Assembly (NCBI GenBank): GCA_038087875.1
Contig: JAXLNO010000446.1
Location: 930,001 to 994,000, forward strand
From: Malacoraja senta
Taxonomy: Eukaryota
Reading direction: 5' to 3'
DNA length: 64,000 nucleotides
Part shown: one piece after another, positions 1-11,790 of the stretch
Layout: every line of letters starts with the position of its first letter
How positions within the stretch are numbered: position 1 is the stretch's first letter
Translations under genes and position numbers: made by a program
The notes under the pieces: generated by a model
The model's database searches: none
What the model was told of the DNA's origin: nothing
The model's input: the letters and a program-made list of their open reading frames with translations, nothing else

Positions 1-14
1 TGCCCTTTGGTGTG

Positions 15-815
15 TCACGGTGGCTCAGCGGTAGAGTTGCTGCCTCACAGCTCCACAGACATGGGTTCCACCCCGACTACGGGTGCTGTCTGTACGGACT
101 TTGTATGTTCTCCCCGTGACCTGCGTGCTCCGGTTTCCTCCCACACTCTAAGGACGTAGAGATCTGTAGGTTAATTGGCTTCTGTAAATTGTAAAGTGTA
201 AATTGTCCCTAGTGTGTGTAGGATAGTGCTAGTGTGCGGGGATCGCTGGTCAGTAGACAATAGGTGCAGGAGTAGGCCATTTGGCCCTTTGAGCCAGCGC
301 CGCCATTCAATGTGATCCTAGCTGATCATCCCCAATCAGTACCCCGTTCCTGCCTTCTCCCCACATCCCCTGATTCTGCTATTTTTAAGAGCCCTATCTA
401 GCTCTCTCTTGAAAGCATCCAGAGAACCTGCCTCCACCGCCCTCTGAGGCAGAGACTCGCCACTCTCTGTGAGAAAAAGTGTTTCCTCATCTCCGTTCTA
501 AATAGCTTACCCCTTATTCTTAAACTGTGGCCGCTGGTTCTGGACTCCCCCAACATCGGGAACATGTTTCCTGCCTCTAGTGTGTCCAAACCCTTAACAA
601 TCTTATATGTTTCAAAGAGATTCCCTCTCATCCTTCTAAACTCCAGAGTGTACAAGCCCAGCCACTCCATTCTCTCAGCATATGACAGTCCCGCCATCCC
701 GGGAATTAACCTTATAAATCTACGCAGCACTCCCTCAATAGCATGAATGGTCGACGCAGACCCGATGTGCTGAAGGGCCTGTTTCCGCGCTGTATCACTA
801 AACTATGCTAAACTA
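15..815 (+). mobile_element. tRNA-derived SINE (HE1/V-SINE-like), split by a CR1 3' fragment
   Basis: A-box TGGCTCAGCGG and degenerate B-box; shared core to ~252; tail GAAGGGCCTGTTTCCGCGCTGTATCACTAAACT resumes ~748. Confidence 0.85.
254..742 (-). mobile_element. CR1 LINE 3' fragment (family with (TATTGTC)n tail)
   Basis: ORF 398..730 (RRMRGNLFETYKI...SGHSLRI) is the CR1 ORF2 C-terminus; typical 3' UTR. Confidence 0.9.
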
Positions 816-1678
816 AACCGCATAAGAAAATAATAATCTTATAATTGTAGCCCCAGCTTCCACACGCTCTCTGCCTTTCACATTCAAAGATTCCGTCCAC
901 GTAAAGCCACAATTTGCCCAGTCTAATTTAGGAGTTCTTTATCTTCTACAAGGAATAAACAACACAGGGGGAATTGCATTAAGAACACATCAAACAATAA
1001 ATATGACTTAAAAATTATAGATTGTAAAGACCGAGCGCAGAAATATTAATTCAAACCATTAATGCTCTACATTAGTGAAGTAGCAACCAGCATGCTTTCT
1101 TACATCAAATAGTTATTAATTATCTTTAATATTGAGGAGCTGTTGCAGGCTGTATTCTAGCTTGCCGCTGCAGCCTGCATGAGAAGAACTCAGCAATTCC
1201 TCAGCTGCACCTTGTATGTTATTTGTTAAACAAATATATTTTTATATTCCTGCTGATTAAATGCGCTTCATGAACATTAAATCTTGCAAATAAGTGACTG
1301 GAAAATATGTTGAGCGCATTTCCATTTGACAGTGAGAGAAAAGCAGTTAGTTTTTCTAATGGGAATGAAAGTCGTTTTTGCTTCAGATATATTATTCTGA
1401 TCTTTAAGCTCTGAATTATTTGACGACTGTTCTATGCGCCATCATTAAAATTTGACCAGCTGCCTCTCTATGCATGGTAATGCATCCGTGAAATAATGCT
1501 GGCAGCTGATTAGTTTGTTTTGTATTCACACTCGGGTGAAGTTGGATTCATAACTTCAGCAACTTGCAACTGTTGGATCTTTGAGAAGGAAAAACGCTGT
1601 TTTTAACTAATGCAAACTAACGAAGAGATGGATGTTGAAGCAAAGAGGACGATGAACGATCAAGAAAATTGTCCGAGA

Positions 1679-1899
1679 AAGAACTGCAGATGCTGGAAAA
1701 ATCGAAGGTAGACAAAAATGCTGGAGAAACTCAGCGGGTGAGGCAGTCTGAAGAAGGGTCTTGACCCGAAACGTCGCCTATTCCTTCGCTCCATTGATGC
1801 TTCAGTCTGAAGAAGGGTCTCGCACCGAAACGTCGCCTATTCCTTCGCTCCATAGATGCTGCATCACCCGCCGAGTTTCTCCAGCATTTCTGTCTACCT
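1679..1899 (+). mobile_element. Mini Penelope-like element: inverted terminal-repeat arms around two tandem hammerhead-like cores
   Basis: Arm ~1707-1746 is the near reverse complement of ~1858-1899; 17-bp flanking duplication AAGAAAATTGTCC(G/A)AGA at 1662-1678 and 1900-1916; same repeat lies 3' of the GIY-YIG ORF at 61340-61468. Confidence 0.8.
1744..1840 (+). ncRNA. Two tandem minimal hammerhead-like motifs
   Basis: CTGAAGA-A-GGGTC TT GACCC-GAAA-CGTC at 1748 and CTGAAGA-A-GGGTCTCGCACC-GAAA-CGTC at 1807; helix I only about 2 bp. Confidence 0.6.
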
Positions 1900-2129
1900 A
1901 AGAAAATTGTCCAAGAGTGTGGTGGCCGGTGGTGCAGCGGGTAGAGCTGCTGCCTCACAGCTCCAGAGACCCGGGTTCCAACCTGACTACGGGTGCTGTC
2001 TGTACGGAGTTTGCACGTTCTCCCCGTGACCTGCGTGGGTTTTCTCCGGGTGTTACAAGTCACAATTCTATCAGGTTTATCATTGGTAACGGATCAAAGG
2101 GAAGGCAGGAAGGATCATTTAGAGTTTGT

Positions 2130-2225
2130 ACGGACACAGAAGTTGGAGGAACAGCACCTCATATTCGGGCAGCTTACAACCCAGCGGTATGAACGTTGTT
2201 TTATCCAACTTCAAGTAACTCCTGC
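2130..2225 (+). pseudogene. PLE GIY-YIG C-terminal remnant
   Basis: QKLEEQHLIF matches RKLEEQHLIF of ORF 60909..61274. Confidence 0.65.
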
Positions 2226-2591
2226 AAAACCCCTTGCTGGGCTGAATGGCCTGTTTTGTGACAAGTTGTATAGTTGGAATTGAGAAATAGGAAGGGGGGG
2301 GATCACTTTGATGGTAATGTATTATGTGGCCCCCAATAGTCATGGAACATTGATTTTGTAGATAATGCTTAAGTGCGGGTATCATTGATGGCAAAGATGG
2401 TTATCAAAATAATTACTGCAGTATCTTGATCAGCTGGGCAAATGGGTTGAGTAATTGTTAATGCATATAAGTACAAGGTGTTGTATTTTGGGAAGTCCCA
2501 TATGGGCAGGACCGACACAGTGAATGGCAGGGCCTCTGGGTAGTGTTGTAGAGCAGAGGGATCTAGGAGTGCAGGCGCATGGTTCCTTGAA

Positions 2592-2840
2592 TGGGTGCTG
2601 TCTGTACGCAGTTTTTCCATACTCTCCGTGATCTGTGTGGGTTTTCTCCGGGCGCTCCGGTTTCCGCCAACACTCAAAGGACGTACGGGTTTGTAGGTTA
2701 GTTAACTGGCTTTGGTAAGTTATAAAATTGTCCCCACTGTGTGTATGTTAGTGCATGGGAATCGCTGGTCGGTGTGGACTCGGTGGGCCGAAGGGCCTGT
2801 TTCCGCGCTGCATCTCTAAAACTTAAAGACTAAAAACTAA
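2592..2840 (+). mobile_element. HE1-like SINE, 5'-truncated
   Basis: Core and CR1-like tail shared with other copies. Confidence 0.8.
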
Positions 2841-3029
2841 AACCTTCACTTAAAAATTATAATTATCAGAAGATACGACAGGTGCAAGGTTATTCAGAGG
2901 AAAAGTAAGAAAAGGAGGTTTATTACCTAAGATAAATAGTAATTGTAAGCCGACAGTGTTCAGGACCCATACCATGGTGTTGGTTATAAATGAAGGTGAA
3001 ATAATGAGTGAGGTATTTGCACACTTAGC

Positions 3030-3340
3030 TTTAGTTTAGTTTAGAGATACAGCGCGGAAACGGGCTCATCGGCCCACCGTGTGTGCACCGACCAGCGATC
3101 CCCGCACACTAACACTAATCTACACACACACTAGGGACAATTTACATTTACCAATTAACCTACAAACCTGCAGGTATTTGGAGTGTGGGAGAAAACCAAA
3201 GATTTCTGAGAAAACCCACGTGGTCACGGTGAGAACGTACAAACTCCATACTGACAGCACCCGCAGCCAGGATCGAACCCGGGTCTCTGGTGCTGAGAGC
3301 GCTGTAAGGCAGCAACTCAACCTCTGTGCCACCGTGCCAC
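3030..3340 (-). mobile_element. HE1-like SINE, full length
   Basis: Minus strand GGTGGCACGGTGGCACAG...GGTTCGATCC...TATCTCTAAACTAAACTAAA. Confidence 0.9.
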
Positions 3341-3509
3341 CCCTAATAGCTAAACACTTATTAGATAAACAAGAGGACCCCCCACCCCCACCCCATCCCA
3401 GTGATCCAGAGTTGATCCAATTCCTGCTTAACATGAGATCACTTGACTGCCCATAACTTTTTCAAAGGAAATCCTGCCAAAATGTACAAGAGTTTAATTT
3501 AAGGGGATA

Positions 3510-4033
3510 GACACAGAGCGCTGGAGTAACTCAGCGGGTCAGGCAGCATCTGTGGAGAACATGGATAGGTGACGTTTCACGGAGTGCTGGAGTAACTCAG
3601 CGGGTCAGGCAGCATCTGTGGAGAACATGGATAGGTGACGTTTCACGGAGTGCTGGAGTAACTCAGCGGGTCAGACAGCATCTGTGGAGCGAAGGAAATG
3701 GGCAACCTTTCGGGCCGAAACCCTGAAGGAAATAGGCAACGTTTTGGGCCGAAACCCGGAAGGGTTTCGGGCCGAAACGTTGCCTATTTCCTTCGCTCTA
3801 TAGATGCTGCCGGAACATGGATAGGTGACGTTTCACATAGTGCTGGAGTAACTCAGCGGGTCAGGCAGCATCTGTGGAGAACATGGATAGGTGACGTTTC
3901 ACGGAGTGCTGGAGTAACTCAGCGGGTCAGGCAGCATCTGTGGAGAACATGGATAGGTGACGTTTCACGGAGTGCTGGAGTAACTCAGCGGGTCAGGCAG
4001 CATCTGTGGGGAGAACATGGATAGGTGACGTTT
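3510..4033 (-). repeat. 66-bp PLE-terminus tandem array with 138-bp fold-back insert (copy A)
   Basis: Unit GAGTGCTGGAGTAACTCAGCGGGTCAGGCAGCATCTGTGGAGAACATGGATAGGTGACGTTTCAC(G/A); insert 3674-3811; continues into PLE 3' UTR and GIY-YIG end to ~4334. Confidence 0.9.
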
Positions 4034-4334
4034 CGGATCGATTTCCTTCTTAAGACTGAGAGTCAGGGGAGGGGGAACCGAGAGATATGAAAAGGTACAT
4101 AAAACAAATGAATGAAAGATATGCAAAAAGACAGATCAAGGAAAGGTGGAGCCCACAATGGTCCATTGTTGGCTGTGTGGAAGATGGTAACGAGATATAC
4201 AAACAGTCAAACTCACCAGGGCGACAATGACTAGGGTGGGGGAGGGACGGAGAAAGCAGGGATTCAAGGGTTACTTAAAGTTAGAAAAATCTATCATCAC
4301 CAAGGGTTGTAAGCTGCACAAACGAAATATGACG

Positions 4335-4810
4335 TTAGTTTATTTTAGTTTATTGTCACATGTGCCGAGGTACAGCTTTTTTGTTGCATGCTATCCAGTG
4401 GAAAGACAATACATGATTACATTCAAGCCATCCACAGTGTACAGATACAGGATAAAGGGTATAATATTTAAGTGCAAGATAAGGTCCAGTAAAGTCTGAT
4501 TAAAGAGTCCGAGTGTCTCCAATGAGGTAGATAGTAGTTCAGCACTGCTCTCTGGTTGTGGTAGGATGGTTCAGTTGCCTGATAACAGCTGGGAAGAAAC
4601 TGTCCCTGAATCTGGAGGTGTGCGTTTTCACACTTCTGTACCTCTTGCCTGATGGGAAAGGGGAGAAGAGGGAGTGGCCGGGGTGCGACTGGTCCTTGAT
4701 TATGCTGCTGGCCTTGCCGAGGCAGCGTGAGGTATAGATGGAGTCAATGGAAGGGAGAGGGGAGAAGAGGGAGTGACCGGGGTGAGTGGTCCTTGATTAT
4801 GCCGTGAAGT
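4335..4810 (-). mobile_element. Rex1/Babar-like LINE 3' fragment
   Basis: Minus strand encodes PSGKRYRS, like the C-terminus of ORF 40359..41591; (TAAAC)n-like tail; sister copy 28115-28525. Confidence 0.75.
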
Positions 4811-4984
4811 GTAAAGTGGGGAAAGGAGGAGGGGGAGGGGTGAAGCGGATGTCATTGTTCGGAGAGATGACGGCATGTGGGTGTGGGCATGGCCTAAGCT
4901 CCTGGACCAGTGTCCCAAAAGAAGGAGTGAGCAGATGATGCCTGGTGGAGCATCAATGGTATGGCACTAAGAAAGGTTAGAGCC

Positions 4985-6897
4985 ATAGAAACAGGCCCTT
5001 CAGCCCAACTCCCCCACACCGGCCAACAAATGTCCCAGCTACCGTAGTCCCTCTTGCCTGCGCTTGGTCCATAATCCTCTAAACGTGTCCTATCCATGTG
5101 CCTGTCCAACTGTTTCTTAAACCATGGGATAGTCCCTGCCTCAACTATCTCCTCTGGCAGCTTGTTCCATACACCCACCACCCTCTGTGTGAAAAAGTTA
5201 CCCCTCAGATTCCTATTAAATCTTTTCCCCTTCACCTTGAACCTATGTCCTCTGGTCCTCGATTCCCCTACTCTGGGCAAGAGACTCTGTGCATCTACCC
5301 GATCTATTCCTCTCATGATTTTATACACCTCTATAAGATGTCCCCTCATCCTCCTACGCTCCATGGAATAGAGACCCAGCCTACTCAACCTCTTCCTGTA
5401 GCTCAAGTAAATCCTGGCCAAAATAGCCAACACAAAGCAGAGGATTCATGCATTCACAAGGCCTTTTAGCTATTTCTGTATTTCTGTATAAGAAGCCACA
5501 GGCTGCTAGCTGGTGCCGGGAAGTCTAGGTCCCAGCAGATAAGGAAGGTCCAAGTATCTTTGCAATCGTTAGTATGTATGAGAATCTTGCAGAGGAGCTC
5601 CAAGGTATTGTAAATGCATGAGTTTGATTGGATTGCTGCAAAGGGATTGTAAATAATCTTTGCAAGACATTTACCCTGCTGTTTGTTGATTGGCCAAAGT
5701 GTTGAGCCCTGGCAGAATTGTTTTGTGTTCCAGGGTGAATGTTGCATTATTCGGTTGACTAGCTACCTTCCAGAAGCTTCTGTTGGAAACATTGTTTTAG
5801 ACGCTCTGTAATTGGATTGGGGAACTGTCAATAATGTATTGATGTAATTGATATGTTTGATTGGATTGTAGGGGGACCACCCCTATGTAGTTCGACCCCT
5901 CAATGTTTGTGGACCTATAAAAGGTAGCCCCCATTTAGATTGGTCGATCTTCAGGAAGTGCGCTTGGGACTGCGTGACCTTTTGGGTAGTGTCTGCTTGC
6001 ACGAGGCTGAAGGGCTTGGCCAGGCAGGGGCACGGATCGAACCCGCGGTGGTTTAGGTATCGTGTAGAGGAATTTGCTGTTCATTCTAAAAATAAAGATT
6101 AGTTGGTCCAGTGCTTGAGTCAGTGTTTTTACTGAACTAGACTAGGGGGGTAAGCTTTAGGAGCATATTTACCCTCACACCCTCCAGTCTTGGCAACATC
6201 CTCATAAATCTTTTCTGAACCCTTTCAAGCTTGACAATATCTTTCCTATAACATGGAAACTGAACACAATATTCTAAATGCGGTCTCACCAACATCTTAT
6301 ACAACTGCAACGACCTCCAAACTTCTATACTCAATACTCTGACTGATGAAGGCCAAAGTGCCAAAGGCCTTTTTGACCACCTTATCAACCTGCAACTCGA
6401 CCTTCAAGGAACCATACACCTGTACTCCTAGATCCCTCTGCTCTACAACACTACCCAGAGGCCTACCTACCATTCACTGTGTAGGTCCTGCCCTTGTTCG
6501 ACATCCCAAAATGCAACACATCACACTTCTCTGTATTAAATTCCATCAACCATTCCTCTGCCCACCTGGCCAATCGATCCAGATCCTGCTGCAATCATTC
6601 ACAACCATCTTCACTATCTGCCAAACCAATCACTTTTGTATCATCAGCAAACTTGCTAATCTTGCCCTGTATGTTCTCATCCAAATCGTTGATGTAGATG
6701 ACAAGCAGTAACGGGCCCAGCACTGAACCCTGAGGCACACCATTAGTCACAGGCCTCCAGTCTGAGAAGCAACCTTCCACCATCACCCTCTGCTTCCTTC
6801 CATGGAGCCAATTTGCTATCCATTCACCTATCTCTCCTTGGATCCCATGCGATCTAACCTACCAGAGCAGCCTACCATGTGGAACTTTGTCGAGCGC
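4985..6897 (-). mobile_element. Older CR1 LINE (family sharing its 3' tail with the SINE), interrupted by the 5406-6173 insertion
   Basis: ORFs 4894..5433, 6137..6388, 6595..6786 (GVPQGSVLGP, FADD). Confidence 0.9.
5406..6173 (+). mobile_element. Probable solo LTR (768 bp)
   Basis: 4-bp TSD CTCA (5402-5405 and 6174-6177) restores the CR1; termini AGTAAAT...ATTTACC; TATAAAAG ~5916; AATAAA 6091 followed by a GT-rich tract. Confidence 0.7.
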
Positions 6898-6932
6898 TAA
6901 ACCATGTCACTCTAAACCTGTCCATTCCATCT

Positions 6933-7192
6933 ACATAGATACATAGATACATAGAAAATAGGTGCAGGAGTAGGCCATTCGGCCCTTCGAGCCTGCACCG
7001 CCATTCAATATGATCATGGCTGATCATCCAACTCAGTATCCCGTACCTGCCTTCTCTCCATACCCCCTGATCCCTTTAGCCACAAGGGCCACATCTAACT
7101 CCCTCTTAAATACAGCCAATGAACTGGCCTCAACTACCTTCTGTGGCAGAGAGTTCCAGAGATTCACCACTCTCTGTGTGAAAAATGTTTTT
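6933..7192 (-). mobile_element. CR1 3' fragment (family with (TATGTATC)n tail)
   Basis: Matches the 3' ends at 25600-25905 and 51640-51940. Confidence 0.9.
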
Positions 7193-7662
7193 CGAACTGT
7201 TTCTTAAACGTTTCCAAATATTATTATTATTTCATTCTATAAAAGACTTTAATGAAGCAGATGTGTGTGTTAACAGTCGTATAGTGATTTCAGGGTCAGT
7301 ATTGTTGATACTAAGTTTTTAATTCTTCTCTGATTAAAATTAATGTTCCTCGTAACCTGCTTTGCGTTGATAATTAACTCCTCTTGTCATTGTGATTTTT
7401 CTTATCCCTTTTAACTACCTTATTATTCATCTAGTTTCACCAATTATAGCTAACGAAAGACCTGTCACACTGACCCACTTTCCATTGGATGTCAGTAGTT
7501 CAGGTTGTGCAAGGATATCATTTTTAATTGGTGCACACGAGAGGAACAGTAACGGATTTGGTCAAAGTTGACGCTGGGTATTAATAGGAAATACACTGTC
7601 AACTAGAATGGCAGGGGATAGCTGATGGATGTGCTGGAAATTTCATTTTTATTTTTTAAATC

Positions 7663-7890
7663 ACAGTGGCAAAGCAGGCGGAGCCACTGCCTCACAGCGT
7701 CAGTGACCCAGGTTCGATCCTGACTACGGGCGCTGTCTGTACGGAGTTTGTACGTTCTCCCCGTGACCTGCGTGGGTTTCCTCCGGGTGCTCCGGTTTCC
7801 TCCCACTCTCCAAAGACGAGCGGGTTTGTAGGTTAATTGTTCCTCTGTAAATTGCCCCCTAGTGTGTCGGGAGTGGATGAGAAAGTGGGT
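7663..7890 (+). mobile_element. HE1-like SINE
   Basis: B-box GGTTCGATCC plus shared core. Confidence 0.8.
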
Positions 7891-8029
7891 TTTCGATACA
7901 GTGCGATATTTTGATTAGCTGCAGGAATAAACAGAGAACTTACAAAATGGTGATTAACCTGAGCAAGTGTCAGGTGTTGCACTTTGGGAGGTTGAATGTA
8001 AGAGAGAGTGTACCGTTAATAGCAAGACC

Positions 8030-8265
8030 CCATACACTAGCTCTATCCTACACACTAGGGACAATTTACAATATTACTGAAGCCAAGAAACCTATAAACC
8101 TGCACGTCTTTGGAGTGTAGGAGGAAACTGGAGCACCCGGGGAAAACCCACGCGGTCACGGGGAGAACGTACAAACTCCATACAGAGAGCGCCCGTAGTC
8201 AGAATCGAACCCGGGTCTCTGGAGCTGTGAGGTAGCAACTCTACCGCTGCGCCACTGTGCCGCCC
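8030..8265 (-). mobile_element. HE1-like SINE
   Basis: Head GGGCGGCACAGTGGCGCAGCGG on the minus strand. Confidence 0.85.
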
Positions 8266-8654
8266 TGGATAAAATACTGTGCATTGACGCTATCTATACC
8301 AGGTACGTGGATAGGACAGGTTTAAAGGGATATAGGCCAAACGCTGGCAGGTGGGACTAGTGTAGATGGGACATGTTGGCCGCTGTGGGCAAGTTATGCC
8401 AAAGGGCCTGTTGCCATGCTGTAAGACTATGACTCTATGACTATTAGATCACCCCTCATCCTCCTGCGCTCCAAGGATTAAAGGAAAAAATGTCAGAAGT
8501 TCATCAAATAAACATATATAATTTCAGTTATCTAGAGAAGAATGAAGTTATATCACAGGAAAATGCCTTGATTTTGTTTCACCAGGAGAGGTATTGAATC
8601 GCAGCATCTCAGAAGTCTGCGTTAGTGTGGAGGCCAGAACTGGTGTCATGGTAA

Positions 8655-8905
8655 AGACAGACACAAAATGCTGGAGTAACTCAGCGGGACAGGCAGCATC
8701 TCTGGAGAGAAGGAATGGGTGATGTTTCGCTTCGAATCCCTTCTTCTGACTGAGACTTCTTTAGACTTCAGACTTGGGACTGAAGAAGGGTCTCAACCTG
8801 AAACATCGGCCATTCCTTTTTTCCAGAGATGCTGCCTGCCCAAGTTACTCCAGCATTTTCTGTCTATCTTCGATGTTAACCAGCATCTGCAGTTCCTTTC
8901 GACAT
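8655..8905. mobile_element. Inverted PLE terminal-repeat pair with decayed hammerhead-like core
   Basis: 8657-8750 is antisense to 8778-8870; CTGAAGAAGGGTCTCAACCTGAAACATC at 8780. Confidence 0.75.
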
Positions 8906-9275
8906 GTAATGGTAATCTCTATAGTCACGTGTACCAGTTTTTGTACATACAAATCAGCAAGACAATCCCTGTACATAAACACAGTCACCCCTGTCAGTAC
9001 AGAACGTACAGAACTGACCACTGTGTTCATATATAAGAGGCTTGGATAGAGTGGATGTGGAGAGGATGTATCCACTAGAGGCAGAGTCTCGGACCAAAGG
9101 TCACAGCCTCAGAATTAAAATTAGAATTAGAATCAGGTTCCTGTACGGATGTCAGGGTTTATGGGGAGAAGGCAGGAGAATGGGGTTGAGAGGGACAGAT
9201 AGATCAGCCATGAGTAAATGGCGGAATAGACGTGAGAGGCCGAATGGCCTTATTCTGCTTCTAGACCTTATGAAC

Positions 9276-9750
9276 TTCAAGATTCAAGATTCAAGAGAGT
9301 TTATTGTCATGTGTCCCAGATAGGACAATGAAATTCTTGCTTTGCTTCAACACAACAGACTATAGTAGGCATAAATAAATACAGAACAGATTAGTGTGAC
9401 CATATACTATTGAATATATACACACACACATAAATAATCAGATAATGTGCAATGGTCTATTAATGTTCAGAGTTTTGTTTGAGTTGAGTTTAATAGTCTG
9501 ATGGCTGTGGGGAAGCAGCTATTCCTGAACCTGGATGTTGCAGATTTCAGGCTCCTGTACCTTCTACCTGAAGGTAGTAGGGAGATGAGTGTGTGGCCAG
9601 GATGGTGTGGGTCCTTGATGATGCTGCCAGCCTTTTTGAGGCAGCGGCTGCGATAGATCCCCTCGATGGGAGGGAGGTCAGAGCCGATGATGGACTGGGC
9701 AGTGTTGACAACTTTTTGCAGTCTTTTCCGCTCCTGGGCGCTCAAGTTGC
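9276..9750 (-). mobile_element. Rex1/Babar-like 3' fragment
   Basis: ORF 9467..9745 ends [21 protein letters not shown]; (TCTTGAA)n tail. Confidence 0.85.
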
Positions 9751-10244
9751 CAAACCAACATGTGTTTTTGTAAGTTCTCCCCGTGACCTGCGTGGGTTTT
9801 TTTTCCGGGTTTATACGTCTTTACAAACACTTCAAAGACGTATAAGTTTGTAAGTTAATTGGCTTGGAGCAATTGTAACTTGTTTGTAGTGCATGTAGTG
9901 TGTGGGGATCGCTGGAAAGCATGGACTCAGTGGGCCGAAGGGCCTGTTTCCCTGCTGTATCTCTAAACTAAATAGTGTGGCAGAATTCGTGCTGCTCTTC
10001 ACCTGGAGATGGTTTTACATTTGTTCTGACAGAATATTTCAGACCTTGTATTTGAATATTTCTCTTTGATTTGGCAGCTGCTTAGTTTATTCCACACAAA
10101 AAAAAATACCCCTGAATGTTGCAAGGAGAATTAAAGATTACAGTCAATCCTGGGTCAGGTACAAATTCAATGAGGTGCTCTGGGTTCAGGTTGTCTCATC
10201 CTTGGCTCCACAGCTAGTCACCTTGTCTGACGGAGATAGGTGGA

Positions 10245-11790
10245 GATATACACACAAAAAGCTGGAGTAACTCAGCGGGACAGGCAGCATCTCCGGAAAG
10301 AAGGAACGGGTGACATTTTGGCTCAAGACACTTCTTCAGACTGAGAGTCAGGGGAGAGGGAGACACAGAGATAAGAAAGTGTAAAGTGTGAAAACGAGAC
10401 ATCCAACTGGATGAAGTGCAAAGAAAATGTAGAACAGATCATTGTTTGTGGGAGAAGACAGACAGAGATAAACTGTAATCAAGGACAAGTAAGACTAGTC
10501 GGAGAACTGGGAAGGGGGAGGGGATGGAGGGAGAGGGAAAGCAAGGGCTATTTGAAGTTAGAGAAGTCAATGTTATGTTAAGAAAGCTAATGGCATGTTG
10601 GCCTTCATAACAAGAGGAGTTGAGTATAGGAGCAAAGAGGTCTTTCTGCAGTTGTACAGGACCTTAGTGAGATCACACCTGGAGTATTGTGTGCAGTTTT
10701 GGTCTCCTAATTTGAGGAAGGACATTCTTGCTATTGAGGAAGTGCAGCGTAGGTTCACAAGGTTAATTCCCGGGATGGCGGGACTGTCATATGTCATAGA
10801 ATGGAGCGGCTGGGCGTATACTGTGGAATTTAGAAGGATGTGGGGGGATCTTATTGAAACATATAAGATTATTAAGGAATTGGACAGGTTAGAGGCAGGA
10901 AACATGTTCCCGATGTTGGGGGAGTCCAGAACCAGGGGCCCCAGTTTAATAATAAGGGGTAAGCCATTTAGAACGGAGACAAGGAAACACTTTTTCACCG
11001 AGAGTTGTGAATCTGTAGAATTCTCTGCCTCAGAAGGCAGTGGAGGCCAATTCACTGGATGCTTTCAAGAGAGAGTTAGATAGAGTTCTTAAAGATAGCA
11101 GAGTCAAGGGATATGGGGAGAAGGCAGGAACAGGGTACTGATTGTGGATGATCAGCCATGATCACAGTGAATGGTGGTTTTGGCTCGAAGGGCCAAATGG
11201 CCTCCTCCTGCACCTATTGTCTATTGTCTATAATGTTCATACCGCTGGGGTGTAAGCTACCCAAACCTAATATGAGGTGCTGTTCCTCACTCTGACAATG
11301 GAGGAGGCCCAGGACAGAAAGGTCAGTGTGGGAATGGGAGGGGGAATTAAAGAGCTGAGCAACTGGGAGATCAGGTAGGTTTAGGCGGACTGAGCGGAGG
11401 TGTTCAGCGAAACGATCGCCTGCGCTTGGTCTCACCGATGTACAGGAGTTGACACCTGGAACAGCGGATACAGTAGATGAGGTTGGAGGAGGTGCAAGTG
11501 AACCTCTGTCTCTCCTGAAAAGACTGTCGGAGTCCTTGGACAGAGTCGAGGGGGAGGTAAAGGGACAGGTGTTTCATCTCCTGCGGTTGCAGGGGAAAGT
11601 ACCTGGGGAGGGGGTGGTTTGGGTGGGAAGGGACGAGTTGACCAAGGAGTTGCACAGGGAACGGTCTCTGCGGAAAGCGGAAAGGGGTGGAGATGGGAAG
11701 ATGTGGCTAGTAGTGGGATCCCGTTGGAGGTGGTGAAAATGTCAGTGGATTATGTGGTGCATGCGACGGCTGATGGGGTGGAAGGTGGGG
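10245..11790 (-). mobile_element. Penelope-like element 3' part (Cys-rich linker, GIY-YIG, terminal repeat), split by CR1
   Basis: PGTFPCNRRR*NTCPF then LIYCIRCSRCQLLYIGETKR; terminal repeat with decayed hammerhead core 10245-10345; the Cys linker suggests the Neptune group (inference). Confidence 0.85.
10575..11231 (+). mobile_element. CR1 3' fragment inserted in the PLE
   Basis: ORF 10595..11083; (TATTGTC)n tail; AATGTT on both sides. Confidence 0.9.
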
